Source: Geosiphon pyriformis uo1
Lineage: Eukaryota > Fungi > Glomeromycota
NCBI GenBank assembly: GCA_016748015.1
Contig: JAAOMT010000529.1
Span: 252,848 to 316,847 of the forward strand
Direction of reading: 5' to 3'
Length of the DNA stretch: 64,000 nucleotides
Made by a program: the position numbers and the translations under genes. Position 1 is the first letter of the stretch; every line of letters starts with the position of its first letter. The notes beneath the pieces are model-generated. The model had not been told where the DNA came from, searched no databases, and was given only the letters and a program-made list of their open reading frames with translations. Positions 1 through 13,200 of the stretch are shown here, piece after piece.

Positions 1-1266
1 AGCAAGCTGAAAATGAAATTCCTCTGAAGCACTCTTTTTGTATAATCCTTTAGATGACAGCAACATAATTGTATTTGGTGTATTACATTCAAGAGCTGAA
101 TATCCAAAATGCCCACACTTCTCACAACGAATCAAATTTATTCTAGCCCAAGAGAGTTTCACTCCATTAAAGATAGGCTTCATGCGAAAAGCAGATTCAA
201 GATCATTATCAAAGGCAAAACTAACTACTGCACAGCAAATCTTATTACCAGTTTTCATTGATCTGTTTATAATGCATGTTTTTCCACCAGCTCTTTCCAA
301 AAGAATATCCAAATCATGAGCTGTTGTTCCCATAAGTAGAGTAAACAAAAGCACTCTGAACTGATCCCTAGATGCCCAAGTCTCACAATTCCCCACTGTT
401 TTGGCTACATGCACAGAGTTCTTACCAATCAGGAAAGACCATTTTGAGGCCAATGACTCAGCTTGATCCAATTTAGCAAACTCCACCACAGCCTTTTGCC
501 ACATTCCAATTAATTGAATTTTGATCGACTTAATTTCCCCAAATTCAGATACTGTGGTGATGATCATATCCTTAGACATATTTATGGGAATTTCCTTGAT
601 TATCACAGCCCAATCTGATCTTATTTTTTGTCTCTTAAGATCGCTGTTTACATTAATCCCTTTTTTTTTAGCCAATAATGTGGCCAAATCCATGCTTTTT
701 TCTGAAATAAAGGTAGATTTGATGATCCCTTCAAATTTTGAGGGGGTAGTGGCCCCCCCCCCAAAACCATTAACTGAAGAAAATAATTTCCTGATGAATT
801 GAGTTTTGGCTGTTGCAGATTTCTCTTCCACAGCTGATAGATTAATGTCCAATGCAAAAGACTTTCTGACCAACACTTTCACAAAGGTTTTAGTGATTTT
901 TGGATCAATTCACTTTTTTTCCAGAGAGATAAACAAGCAAGGGGGAAGCACAATTTTATCATCATCTATAGTAAAATCAGGAGAGCCAAGTATTGTATTA
1001 GTATCAATACATTTTGCCTTGAGAGTAGTTACAGCCAAATCCAAAAGAGACTTTCCATCCACACCAGTTATGTCAACATCCTCATCATCATCAGACAGAC
1101 TATCCACATCAGAATATGTACTACCACTAGGCCCAGACTTACTCAAAGAGATATCTTTCTCATCACCAGAGTGTTTAATATTCCTTAGAATCACCCTTTT
1201 CTTTTGAGTGAAAGAACCATCAGTAGGACTATGGAAAGCACCTTTGAGCACCTTCTTTTTTGACAT
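1..1266 (-). mobile_element. Non-LTR retrotransposon (LINE-like) ORF1 relic with RRM-like region and CCHC knuckle, running off the window start
   Basis: Minus-strand reading from ATG at 1266 (MSKKKVLKG...) continues through frameshifts into an RRM-like block (AVIIKEIP...EFGEIKSIKIQLIGMWQKAVVEF) and a degenerate knuckle CEKCGHFGYSALEC at ~84-126 (CX2CX4HX4C with H->Y). Same layout as the ORF1 at 28.9-30.9 kb. Confidence 0.7.
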
Positions 1267-1499
1267 ATCACCATTCGAAGCAGTCTTCAAATCTACGACA
1301 AAAGGGTTATTGTTTAAAGAAATGTTAAAAAAACTAACAAGCAAAAATAAAAAACTTTTTTTTCAAAAAATGTGCTTTTTGAGGATTTTTGGAGGTAAGA
1401 GAGAAAGAAGTTTTTTTTTTTTGGATATTATATTTAATAAGTAAGATCTATAAGCTATCTATTGGATTCAGTAGTGTTGTCAGCTTTTAAGCCTCAAGA

Positions 1500-4150
1500 A
1501 CAACTATTTAATTCTTTAGTAAAAACTTTTTTGATACTAACAATGTTTTTTAAGACACTGTCTCTTTTTTTTTTCTTGATAATACAAATTTGGTATCTAT
1601 ATTTAGACCAAAATTCTTAATAGACTTTTTTAAAATAGCAATACTAAGACCAACAGTAACCTAGTAATTAAACAAAAATAGTTTAAATTTATCATACTAA
1701 ATGATTAAAAACTTTTTTTTGGAAATTTGAGATAAAAGAGAGAAAAAAAGTTTTTTATAATAATTTATAAAAATAAATTACAAAAAACAAAAACAACAAT
1801 AATAAAAACAAAATTAAATCTAAATATTAAAAAAAATTAAAAATAGTAAAAAACAATAATTTAATAAGTTTAATTTATATAATAATATTTAAAAAACTTT
1901 AATATTGTTTTTAATAACAAATTTTGTATTAAAAAAATCATGTAAAAATTGAAATATAGTTTAATTTAAATTATTTTAATTTTTACAGTTTTATTAAATA
2001 TTAAGTAAAAATTACTTATCAATAAAACTTTTTATAATTAGTAAATATCTTTTAACTATTATTAAAAACAATATTTTTAGAATATAAAAAATAAAAGTGT
2101 TTTAGTTTTATTTAATTAATTTAATTCTTAAAATTAAATAACTTAATAAGTTAATTAATTAAAATTGTAATTTTTTTTGTTTTTAAACTATTAATAATAA
2201 ACAAAAATTTAACATATTAAACAATTCAATTATATATTTATTAAAATTAAATTTGACAAATATATTGTTATTATTATTTAAATTAAAAAATAATTATTAT
2301 TTGCAATTAGATTAAAATTAAATATCATAATAAATATTATTACAATAAATTAATGTAAATATTAAAAAAATCAAGTAAAGTTAATGTTTTATTTTTTATA
2401 AAAAAAGAAACAAGCTTTAAAGTAAAAATAATGTTTTAAAAGATATTAAAAAAAATAATTTCTTTAAACATTTTAAAAAAAGTTTGTTGCTTTAAATTAA
2501 AGAATAAAAAAAATTTGCTTTTTTGTTTCTTTGGCTTTTTTGGATATTTAAACAAAAATAAAAAAAGTTCTAAAAAAGAAAAATAATTTTATTATTGATT
2601 TGTTGTTGAAAATTTTAGAACTTTTTATAATAATAACAATTATATTAAGATTGGTTTTAGTTAATTACTTAAAAAAAACTTTGAATAGAAAAAAACTCTA
2701 ACTTAAAGCCAAAAATAATGTTTTAATAACAGTTAAAAACTGTTTTGTTTTTATGTTACTTAAAAACCCATTCCAAAAAGTGCTGTTTGGTTGTTTCTAC
2801 TTCAAAAAAGTTTTTTTAATATTAAAACATGTAGAAGCAATACTAAAAATAGAAACTACTACTATTTTACTTTTTATTTTGAATGTAATCATGAAAATAT
2901 AAAAAAAAGAGGTTGAATTATTTTTTACAATGTTCAATTTAATTTTTTATTGCTATTAATTAAAACATATTAATTTTTATTATTTATTGTAATTAATAAA
3001 TTATTTTAATTATTACTATATTTTAAGATATTTACAAATAAAACAATAATATTTTAATTAAATTCTACATAAATTAAAAATCAATTGTAATTATTAGATA
3101 AAATCAATTAATTATGATATTTTAATATCTTAAAATTTTAAAAATAATGAAAAATAGCATTTTCGAACTTTTATTAATTGTAACTTAAGAGAAATTTTTT
3201 TAAAATAAAAGATTTTTAAAAAAGATTATTTAACAATTTATTTGATTTAACAAGCGCTTTTTATACGTGACCGGCCACCCAGTTTTAAAAATTAAACAAA
3301 AATTCAATAAAGATTGTTAATAACAAAAAGATCAATTATTAAAATATTTAAGAATTTATAATTAGATTTTTTAATATTAAACATAAATGCAAAAATTCAT
3401 AAAAAATTTTATTTTCAAAAATAAACTATTTAATTTTATTATTATTAAATATATGTTACATTGTTAATTTTCTTAGGTTGCTTAAATAAATTTTGTTATA
3501 TATATATACATAAATTTTAATATTAAATTTTTTTTAATTTGTGTTTTTGTAATTTATACTTTTTACATAAAATTTTAATTTTTAATACTATTATTTTGTG
3601 TTTAATACTATTGATTTTATTTTTGCAAAATTTTTTTAAATTGTTTATATTTTTAATTTTAAAAGTTTAATTTTAATTGTAATTAAACTAATGAGCGCAT
3701 GACGTCTTATATATGTATGTTGTAATATTGTAAGACCACCCTCAATAAAGCATATTCAATAAAATAAAAACTCAAGTATTTATTAATAAGTAACAACAAT
3801 AAAATTATTTTTATTTTAAATATTTAATACGTACAAGGATTTTAATAAAAAACAATAATGTATTATTATTATCATTTTTTAAATATGATTACCAATTTTT
3901 ATAATTGTTTCAAAATAAGTCGAATAAAAAATAATACAACAAAATATTTTTATTTAAAGCTCAAGAAACTTTAATTTTTTTCTTTATAATTAAGTTGACA
4001 AAGATCGAAATATAGAACAATAATTTTTCTAATTTTTTGGTGCCACATTCACTAGAGAATAAGATTTTCAATTTTAACTTTCTGCTTAGCTTAGGATCGA
4101 ACCAAATTCATGACCATATGAAACTTAATCTCAAGATTTAAATGCCAAAT
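1500..4150. other. Extremely AT-rich non-coding tract, probably fully decayed repeat DNA
   Basis: No ORF in the track, almost no CpG, long A/T runs; flanked by a LINE relic and the 3' end of a gene. Confidence 0.55.
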
Positions 4151-4202
4151 GCCAAAAAATAAGGACATAAGTTTATTGAAAGTGTTTAGCGAGTGGTACC
4201 TT

Positions 4203-7200
4203 TTACATGGCATCATATCCTCCACCACGTAAATTGCGTTTTTTCTTTCCCGCTGAATTACTAGTATTAGCAGTTCGCCGGATATTTATGGCAGCTGCAT
4301 TAGAACTTTGCCTTTTAAATGCTGCTTTCTGTAAAAATGTAAATAAGGCAAATTTAGTGAATCTGTCCCTAATTTTGAAATTCAAAAAATTCAATTACCT
4401 GTAAATGTAGCCTTATCAATTGGTAAGCTGCGTGGCAATGCTCAATAAGTAGAAATTCGGGGAAAAGTTCATCAACCAAGTCGTAGTTAATAGTGGACGG
4501 CCAACAGTTAAGTGAAGTTTCAGTAAGGTAGAGTGACAATGGTTCCTTGGGGCGAAGAGATTCAGCCGAAAGATATCGTAATATAAATCTTTTTAACGCA
4601 GTAGAAAATGCTTCAGCCGGCAATTTCTTCTTACTGTGTAGGTAATCTTTTCGAGTTTGCAGCTGTTGTGTTTCAAAATCTAAGATCTCGATTAGTCTAG
4701 ATTCAAGTTCATTTGGAAGTGGCTCCTTGTATTGGCTTTCGATACATTCGACCGCTACATCAGCCACTTGATCCTCTACTAATTCGTATAATGCCACAAT
4801 GTGTTTCAATTGAAGTCCAACTTGAAGCATCCGACTGATCCCGTCATTTTCAATGATCAATAATTGGATCCATTGGTGAACGTAGTCTGTAATTAGCATA
4901 TCACCGTCACCAATTGCAGTACGTTTGACGAAACATAAGAGAATTTCCAAGGAAGAAAGAAGTTCTGATCCGTTTTCCAATGCAAAAGAATCCTCAACCA
5001 TCAAATAACCACTGGTGTAAGAGCTTGAAGAAGAGATGGAGCTATTTCTGAGAACCAAAAGTTTCTCGTGTGGAATATTTTCTTGTGGCAAAAGAGCTTT
5101 GACCTCGTTTAATAAAGTCCAGGATCCATGAAATAATTCCATGTGAAATAGGAATTTATCAAGATAAATATTCTCTTCAATGGGTTCAATATAGACCTTG
5201 TCAAACATTAACAAACGTGCAAGTTCAATCTCAATCTTGTATAAATCATAATCAATTTCTTGTCCATGGCCAACTTCCAATTTCCGTTGGCTGAATTTAA
5301 GAATTTCATTATTCCATTCGTATCCGATAATATTAGAAGATCTTGTATCTTCAACCCGCATTGAACGAAGGAGATAAAGTTGTTGTTGGTTATTCACAGC
5401 CTGAACCTGAGTTAAAGAAGCGCTAGAACCAAGCTCTGAGGTGTTATCTTGTTCGAGGAATCTAAGAGAACGACAACCAGGTGAAATGTTGATTACTTCT
5501 TGCAAAAACTTATTTTGCAGGGTAACTAAAAAGTGCAAAATTGCACAAAGATATAATGAATTATCTTTAGCTTCTATTAATCCAAAAATAATAGGAAGAT
5601 CATCTTTAATTATAGGCCTTAAGGCTGGTAGCTCATGACATTGAAATCGGGTTACATGAGGGATTACAATGTTCCAGGCTTCCGCAAATTCCATAAACGT
5701 TGTGCTCAAATAATGGGACATTTCTTCAGATTCTGCAGCTTCTTTGTTGATAAAATCACGAAAAGACATTTCTTGAGCTTGCTTACGGCTTATACGAAGG
5801 GTAAGGCGTGTGGATAGAATCTTAACAAATTTCACAATGGGCTTTATATATTTAATTAGAGGCAACGTTTGTTCATGCTTGAAAAATACTGCCAAAAATG
5901 GGAATTTCGTCATATTTTGATAATCGGCCGAAAAATAAGCACGCAGATTTTCACGATTTGTGTCCCCAATTTGACGCCAAAGTCGTGGCAAATGATTTTG
6001 ACAATATTTTTCATCCATTTTGATTGTTTCGTCAATTTCTGTTTCAAAAACACCGTTGCCTTTTTTTGCAGCAGTAGCCGCTGTCTCCAATTTTGTCCGA
6101 AAATCAATTACAGTTGCATTGAGGTTTTTAACAAAAGGTCTAACATATCTTTCAGTAAAATCACGCTCCCATTCTTCACGCTCAGCTGCTGTGTTGACAG
6201 CGATAGGATTTGTCTCGTAGCCTTTAATCATTTCTGAAAGGATTGCATGGATCACTAACGCTAAATGCTCATCTTGACAATCAAAAATATTCTTTAAGAC
6301 ATCCCAATCTTTGGTAATATGATCGAGACAATAAGCAGCCGGGTCTGGTACATTTTGTAGAAAGGCGTCGACCGTTGGTGAAGGTGTGGATATTCCAATT
6401 ATAGCGTGAACAAATAAATGTAAAATTCGATAAGATGCTGGAGTCATGGAGCGGACAGATTGATAAATGTCTAAGCTCCCTGCCTCAATAATATAGCCAG
6501 GCTGATCTCTTTGGGGGCCTTGTGTAACTGGGGCAGTATCAATTTTAGTTTGCCCCTCAGCTGGTCGCCCATAACCCTTTGGCTCAAATGATTTTTTGCA
6601 TTCAGGGCATACGATATTAATCCCAAGCTGTACGACATTCCCACAATCGCCAATCATGTATCGATATCCACATACACATTGATAACTACGAAGGATTTAA
6701 TGGTTTTAATATTATATATGATATCAAATGTATAAAAAGAGTACTTGGGAATCAAAAAACATACCGAGTGTGACCATCTGCACGCCCAGCGTTTAGAGCG
6801 TTCATAATGATTGCTTCTATATCCGATGGGCATGTTAGAATAAAGGAATTTTGAGAAGCTTGTAATTGATGGAGGTATGAGCACAACGGCGAATAGTTGG
6901 GTGGTAAAGATGCGTGTATTGAAACGATGTGAATGATAACCGAAATCAAAAGCATCTTCGGATTGGTTGTCTGTTGATTGAAGCGAATAAATGGGTGTTG
7001 GTTTTCAAAAATTTTCTCAATTATTTGCCTATATTGAATAGGAATCTTCATTAATTTTATTTTGTTACGCAGAAATTCATATACTCGCAACTCTCCATGA
7101 TTAAATTCCTGAGTAGCAATTCGAGTAGAATGTAGGCGAGCTGTTATAAGCCCCACTAAAGCAATACGTGCACCGACATCATTTTTCAATAATTTATCAA

Positions 7201-10200
7201 GAAATTGATCAAGAGGCCCATCGTTCAATATATAATATAAATTATCAAAAGCACTTTCTGCTTCAGAATAAGGTTTCAAAGACCAATACGGATTTACTGG
7301 AAGTTTGATTCGATTCTTTTCGTTGTCCCATGGCAAATCTCCAAGCCATGGTAAAATTTTTTGCTGAACTTCACAAAACTTTTTGATATTTTCAATAGAA
7401 AATTGTCGTGATCGCAAATCCTTCAGAAAATGTACTTTCAAGGAGTGAACTAAGGCGTTTGGGAATCGCAACGAATTGTTGATGTCTTCAATCCAATTAT
7501 CCATTTCCATAAAATTAAAGCCCACAACTTGAGCTAGCGAATCTTGTAACGACTCAGCGGATTCCCAGAATTGATGAACAAACTCTTTCAAAAATACAAT
7601 TGAAGTTATAACTTGCAAAGGCTCTGAATTATTTAAAGCTTTTAAAGTTTCTATTGCTGGATTGAAGAAAGGTACCAAATCACAAAGTTGATTATTTGAA
7701 AAATATTGTTTTTGTATAATATCGCCGCATAATGCAGCCATTGGAGAATCTAAGGCATCTTTTGCTAGGCATTCGTTGATAAGATTTAATCTCGGCGAAA
7801 AGCGCAAATACTCTTGGGGTGATTCAATAAGACCAAAAAATAAATTCTGCTGTTGCTCTTCTTCAGCAAGGAAGATACGCAAGATAATAGATGCAGTAAG
7901 TGGGAATGGATTCCGAGAGAAAATTTTCTCATAGAGATGTTCGCGCAATGGTGACTCTAGTTCAATAATTTCCAAGAAGCGCGTTAGGAAAGACTGTCGT
8001 GCAGTCATAATAGATTCATTGGGCTCCAAATTATCCAAGATTTCCATAATACTATCAATTGTTTCTATTGAGAAGATTTGTTGATATTTGTTTTGTTGAG
8101 CAAAATGAATCATTCTACTTATCTCAATAAGAGGAATTGCTTTTGTATTAACTAAATCATTGCAAATTCGCAAAAGACAAAGCGACTGTACATTTGAAGA
8201 TTCCGAGAGCTTGGCACAAACTGGAAGTATGTTATTAACTTGACGTTGCCATTGCTCTATTTTCACCACTTCTTCAGTCTGATCAGCTCCTTTCTGAAGA
8301 GAAAAATCATGAATATATCCTAGCATCATTTCCGTTACTTCCCGAATCAGATATCTTTCAAAAGTATCATCGTTATCGTCATCATCGTAATTATAGTCGT
8401 CGTCGTTGTTGATTTCATCATCAGAATCCATTAAAATGCCTTTGCCCTTTGTATTGTGATTTTTAACATTAATCCCTTTCCAAGATTTATCAACTAACAC
8501 CATTTCCACGATCTTCGGACAAAGTTTTGCCAAATTGAGTTTCGCAATAATGACTCCGGAGTTATCCCACCAGTATGCGTGTAACTTAATTGGGTTGAAA
8601 CTCTCTTTAGGGAGGTCCTGTCTTATGATATAACTCAATAGCTTTCCATTGTTATTTCCACTAATTCCTGATGACAATACCATAATAAAATCTTCATAAT
8701 AAAGATCCATTGCATGTTCCAAAAGTGGTGAGCGAAGAGCAGGCAAAGCAGTCAAAATATTGGTGGTAAAACGATCTTGAAGTTCTTCAATAATATGATT
8801 TAGAAGCTGTCCATTATCATCAATATTTTCATCGTCCTCAAAGAGTCTTTCCGATTCTTCTTGATATAGCTTTTTAAAATGATTTATCCGATTCATAAAA
8901 TGTAATGAAAATGGAAATCGGAGTGTATGTTGAGCATTTGGCATCGCATATCCATCAGGTTTTGGGTTGGGCAAATCTTCAATGTTTAGTATTTTCTTGT
9001 CCAAAAACATTTCGTTCCAAAAGAGATGAAGATTGTTTTCTTCACTGTCGCCGTCTGATATTGAGGTGTTAAAGAACGTTTCTAGAGCTGACAGTCTTTC
9101 GAGAACGCATAGGATTTTTGCAATAGGTTGCCGAATATATACCCGAATATAAGATTGAAGGGCGGCTGAGAAGGATGAGAACAAATATAACGATTTTTTG
9201 TCAGATGCTACTTGTAATTGCCAGTCATCGGAGCGGTGCTCTAATAACCATTCTTCTGTTCGCTTTTGTAAAATTGGCAGTAATTTGGAATTCGGAATTT
9301 TCTGTAGCAAGGTTCTAAAATAAAATTATGATAAGAATGGAAAATAAAGAAATCTGATTTCGAATTTAAAGCTTTCGGAAATTTTATTGATCAACTTACT
9401 TCACACGAACAATTTGCTTTGGCGAGGAGGGATACTTATTACAGAGTAGGCACCATAAAAGTTCTTTTTCTATGATTTCCTTAAATGGATATGATGAATT
9501 GAGGATATCATAAAGGTTATACTCCAGCAAGGTCGACAAGGGTTTGTCCGTAGGTGTCAGTGTCTCAATAGTAACCTGATTCCAACCACACATAAAATTA
9601 AAAAATCCCGAATTGTCCTCGTTTCCACGATGAATATGAAGAATTATGCATGCATGTTTTGATGGCACTTGATTTTCCTCTTGCTGGTCTAATCTCATTA
9701 AATATTCTCCACGGAATTGCTCGATAAGGAATTTCGCCAATTTTATACATCCTGAATTTACAGTAGATAGGTCACATTGTAGAATTAACAATTCATCTTT
9801 AGATTCTAACCAAAATCTTTTTATTCGATTTTGCAGTTTTGCTTCGGTTTTGAAGGTTGACAGCTTGTCAATTTGACATGATATAAATCCTTCCAAGATT
9901 AATTTTATATCTGTGTTGATATTTGAGAAAGTATTAATGATAACCTGATGACTTTCTGGAATGGTATCGGTGCGAGTGCTTTCGAAGAACGTCTTAAAGT
10001 AGGCCAAGACATCATCGTGGTATCGATTACCAAAATAGAATTCTTTCCAAAAAACTATTTCATTTCGATTTGTGCTTGCTAAAGCAGATTTCTCGGAGCG
10101 TATAATACCATCCGAAGAAGCAATCATAATGAGAGATTCTTTACACTAAAATTTTGGGAGTAGCAAAAGAATTCATTTAGAAATTTTGGTTATGAAGCGA

Positions 10201-13200
10201 AACGAAAATAAGAAGCAAACAAGTAAAACTGATTTTAATCTGACCTTGGTGATTATTGAGTCTTCATCCATCGTTGGGTTTTTTTTACAATGATCAATGA
10301 CTAAGCTTTGGACAGTTTCTACAGGATTAAATCCTATAAACATATCCTTTTGGGAAAAAGGATTGTTGGGATGTTTGGCTTCCAATTCCACTAGGGTTGA
10401 TATTTGATGTGCCCAATCCAAAAGATAATTTACAAATTTCTTTTGATATTCCTCGAGCGTATCATTGATGCTTACTCTTTGCTTTTCAAACCGGTTTAGG
10501 AGAGGAGGATCTGCATATTTTAAGTTTTTCTCGTCCATAATTAAAATGCACCGGAAATTTTCATGAACAAAGCACATTGGATTAGAGTAGGCGCCTAGAG
10601 CAACTCGTGTGTAGTGTTTCAGATTTTCTTGACTACCAACTAAAATAATTTTTAGACAAAAAAGTAGATTAGAGCAACAGGATTAAAATTTGAACCATGC
10701 AACTCGGAAAAAATAGAAAAATAGCAACTATTTCAAATCTATAAGCACCTGTTATATAGTTTTGGTTCCACAAGTCGTAAAGGCTTCCTGAGATGAGGGA
10801 GAAAGTATTTAAACAAAAAGAACCAATAAAACGCAAAGAGACTTCAAATTTTGAATATTTAACCATAAATTATTTCCAAGTCAGTTAAAATTAGGGGACG
10901 GCCGGCTTCAACGCACATCTAATGAATGTTTGGATAGTGTTCAGAAACGATGATTTTTAAAGCACTCAAACTTCAAAGTCCACTTCAAATTGTAATGAGT
11001 ATTTACCATTATCCGACTTAGAACAGCGTATGAATAATCTTCTTGATCATCTGAAAATTGGGAGCCACAAATTACCTAAAGAGTGATGTAATAAAGCTTA
11101 ATATTTCAGATATGCAAGAAAATTTTTTATTGTAGATATTCACCACTGGGTCTAAGTCTCTTTGACGCAACTGATATGTCAGTATATCGACAATTGAGTC
11201 ACTCTTGCCAATCACCATTAAGTGTCGGGCCTCTTTATCATCAAGGTTTGTGCTAATTAATTCCTCTACCGGAATCGAACTGTATTCATATGGTTTTCCT
11301 GGAAATTTTTATATAAAATAAATTTTTTAATCTTCAAAATATTACAAGATGAAATTCGATGTTGGATTTACCATTATTAAGGCTTGTGAAAACTTGTCCA
11401 AAGTATTGCTCACATACGTCTTTAGTTTGTTCAGTTCCTCCGAAATTTCGCGCTAATGCCACTTGCAAGGAGTCCGCTAGAAAGATTCTATGATAAGATA
11501 CACATAATTTCTAGATTACCTAGGAGTATTTAATAAATTTTTAATTACCTGATAAGTCAGCTCCGCTCAAACTCTTGACTAAAGCATAATAATCTCGTAA
11601 ACCTAAAAAACAGAATAAATAAACATTCACAAAATACATCTAGTTAAATGAACATTTAATTTTAGCGTACCATGAAAATTTGAAAATTTTTGATTCTTCT
11701 CATATTCTAGATATGCATCAGCTAGCAGACCGTATTTTCTTTTATAGTAATCACTGAATCGATAAACATAACCCTCTTTTTTTTCTAACAGGCGAGTACT
11801 TGTTTCTATTAAGTCTTCACGATCGAAGTTAGGCCGTTGAACAAGAAGAGCTCTACTTGATTTGCTATTGTCCAGACGCCAATTGCTGATACCGATCACA
11901 GAAATCTTAGGACCATCGTTCGGATAGCTCGGTTCGAGAAGTGAGTGTAAAACTTTTAGGGGATTGAATGGGCTAGTTTCGGCTAAACCAACTGCAAACC
12001 CAGAAGTTAAAAGAAAGAACAGTTAGCTGAACACAATAATTGTTGGTATTATTGGTATTATGGGTTATGATGAGTCTTTTGTTCCCACCTTCGTCAAGAA
12101 GAACAACAGCATTTAATGGAAATTCCTCAGAACTGGTTTTCTGATAATTATGCGCTTTTTCAAAAACTTTGAGTATACCATCAGAAGTTGATGAGGAAGA
12201 ACCTTGATGTGGGATAACATAAATCTAAATTGGAAATCGTGTTAATCACCAAATATAAAATACTGAAATACTTTTCAATCATTATATAAAGTTTAATCAC
12301 TTGTGGCAATTTTTGAAAATAACCATCATCAGAATCCGTTCCACGAAGATTCTGACTTATGATGCGTATTGCTAATGATTTGGAACTTGAAAAAGGATCG
12401 AAAAAAAAATTTGAAATTTTTAGAGTTTCATAGATAATTATAATGTTAGCCAAATTTTTTACCTTCCTGGAGCCCCAATTATAAAAACTGGAATACGAGT
12501 TAATATACAAACAACCATTACAAGTATATTTTCGAGCAGGGCAGAGTTCGCGGCAATTGATGGCCCTGTGTTCATACGGTCAAAATAATCTTTTTGTTCT
12601 TCTTTGTTTATATCTAAAAATCCTTCTGGGTCCATATTAATTCCGTTCATTGCAAAAATAGCACACATTCTTTGTCGATATATTAGTCGGTCCTTTTTAT
12701 CGTACATTCTGGCCTATTATGTTATATATTTTTACAACAAAATTGAGAAACTAGTTAGTGTGATTCCATCACCAAGTGTAATACATATATAGACATGCCT
12801 GATAACACAATCCTAATGCCAAACAAATGGAACGTGTCAAAATAGACCACCGATCATTCGGGTACTTGTAGTATCGGAAAATATTTTTAGAAATTTTGGG
12901 TCCCGGACGATTTCGAAAACTCTTTTGAAAAAAGTCAACGAGTTTTATAGCACGTTTACAATCACGAAGGCTGACACTGTTTGGCTGTAAAACCAATATA
13001 AGGTCATTAATGTCAAGATTTGATGATAGAGTGTGAAACAATTAGAAATTGTGGCTTATCCTAACCTCCTCCTTTTCTCGAATAAATTGTTGCGAGGCAA
13101 ATAATAAATCAGCAAACCCATTCTTAAGAGCCTCTGGTCCGAGGAACTTGTCTACCATAATCTGTATATATTTTTTCTCATCTTTTGGCTGAAGAACACC

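Noticed and set aside
38-1444. Plus-strand ORFs here and similar antisense ORFs over genes and transposons elsewhere
   Set aside because: Shadows of opposite-strand coding sequence with no recognisable motifs.
4083-4110. GGTTCGATCC on the minus strand resembling a tRNA T-arm or B box
   Set aside because: No acceptor stem, D arm or anticodon arm can be formed; lies in the likely 3' UTR of the RNF213-like gene.
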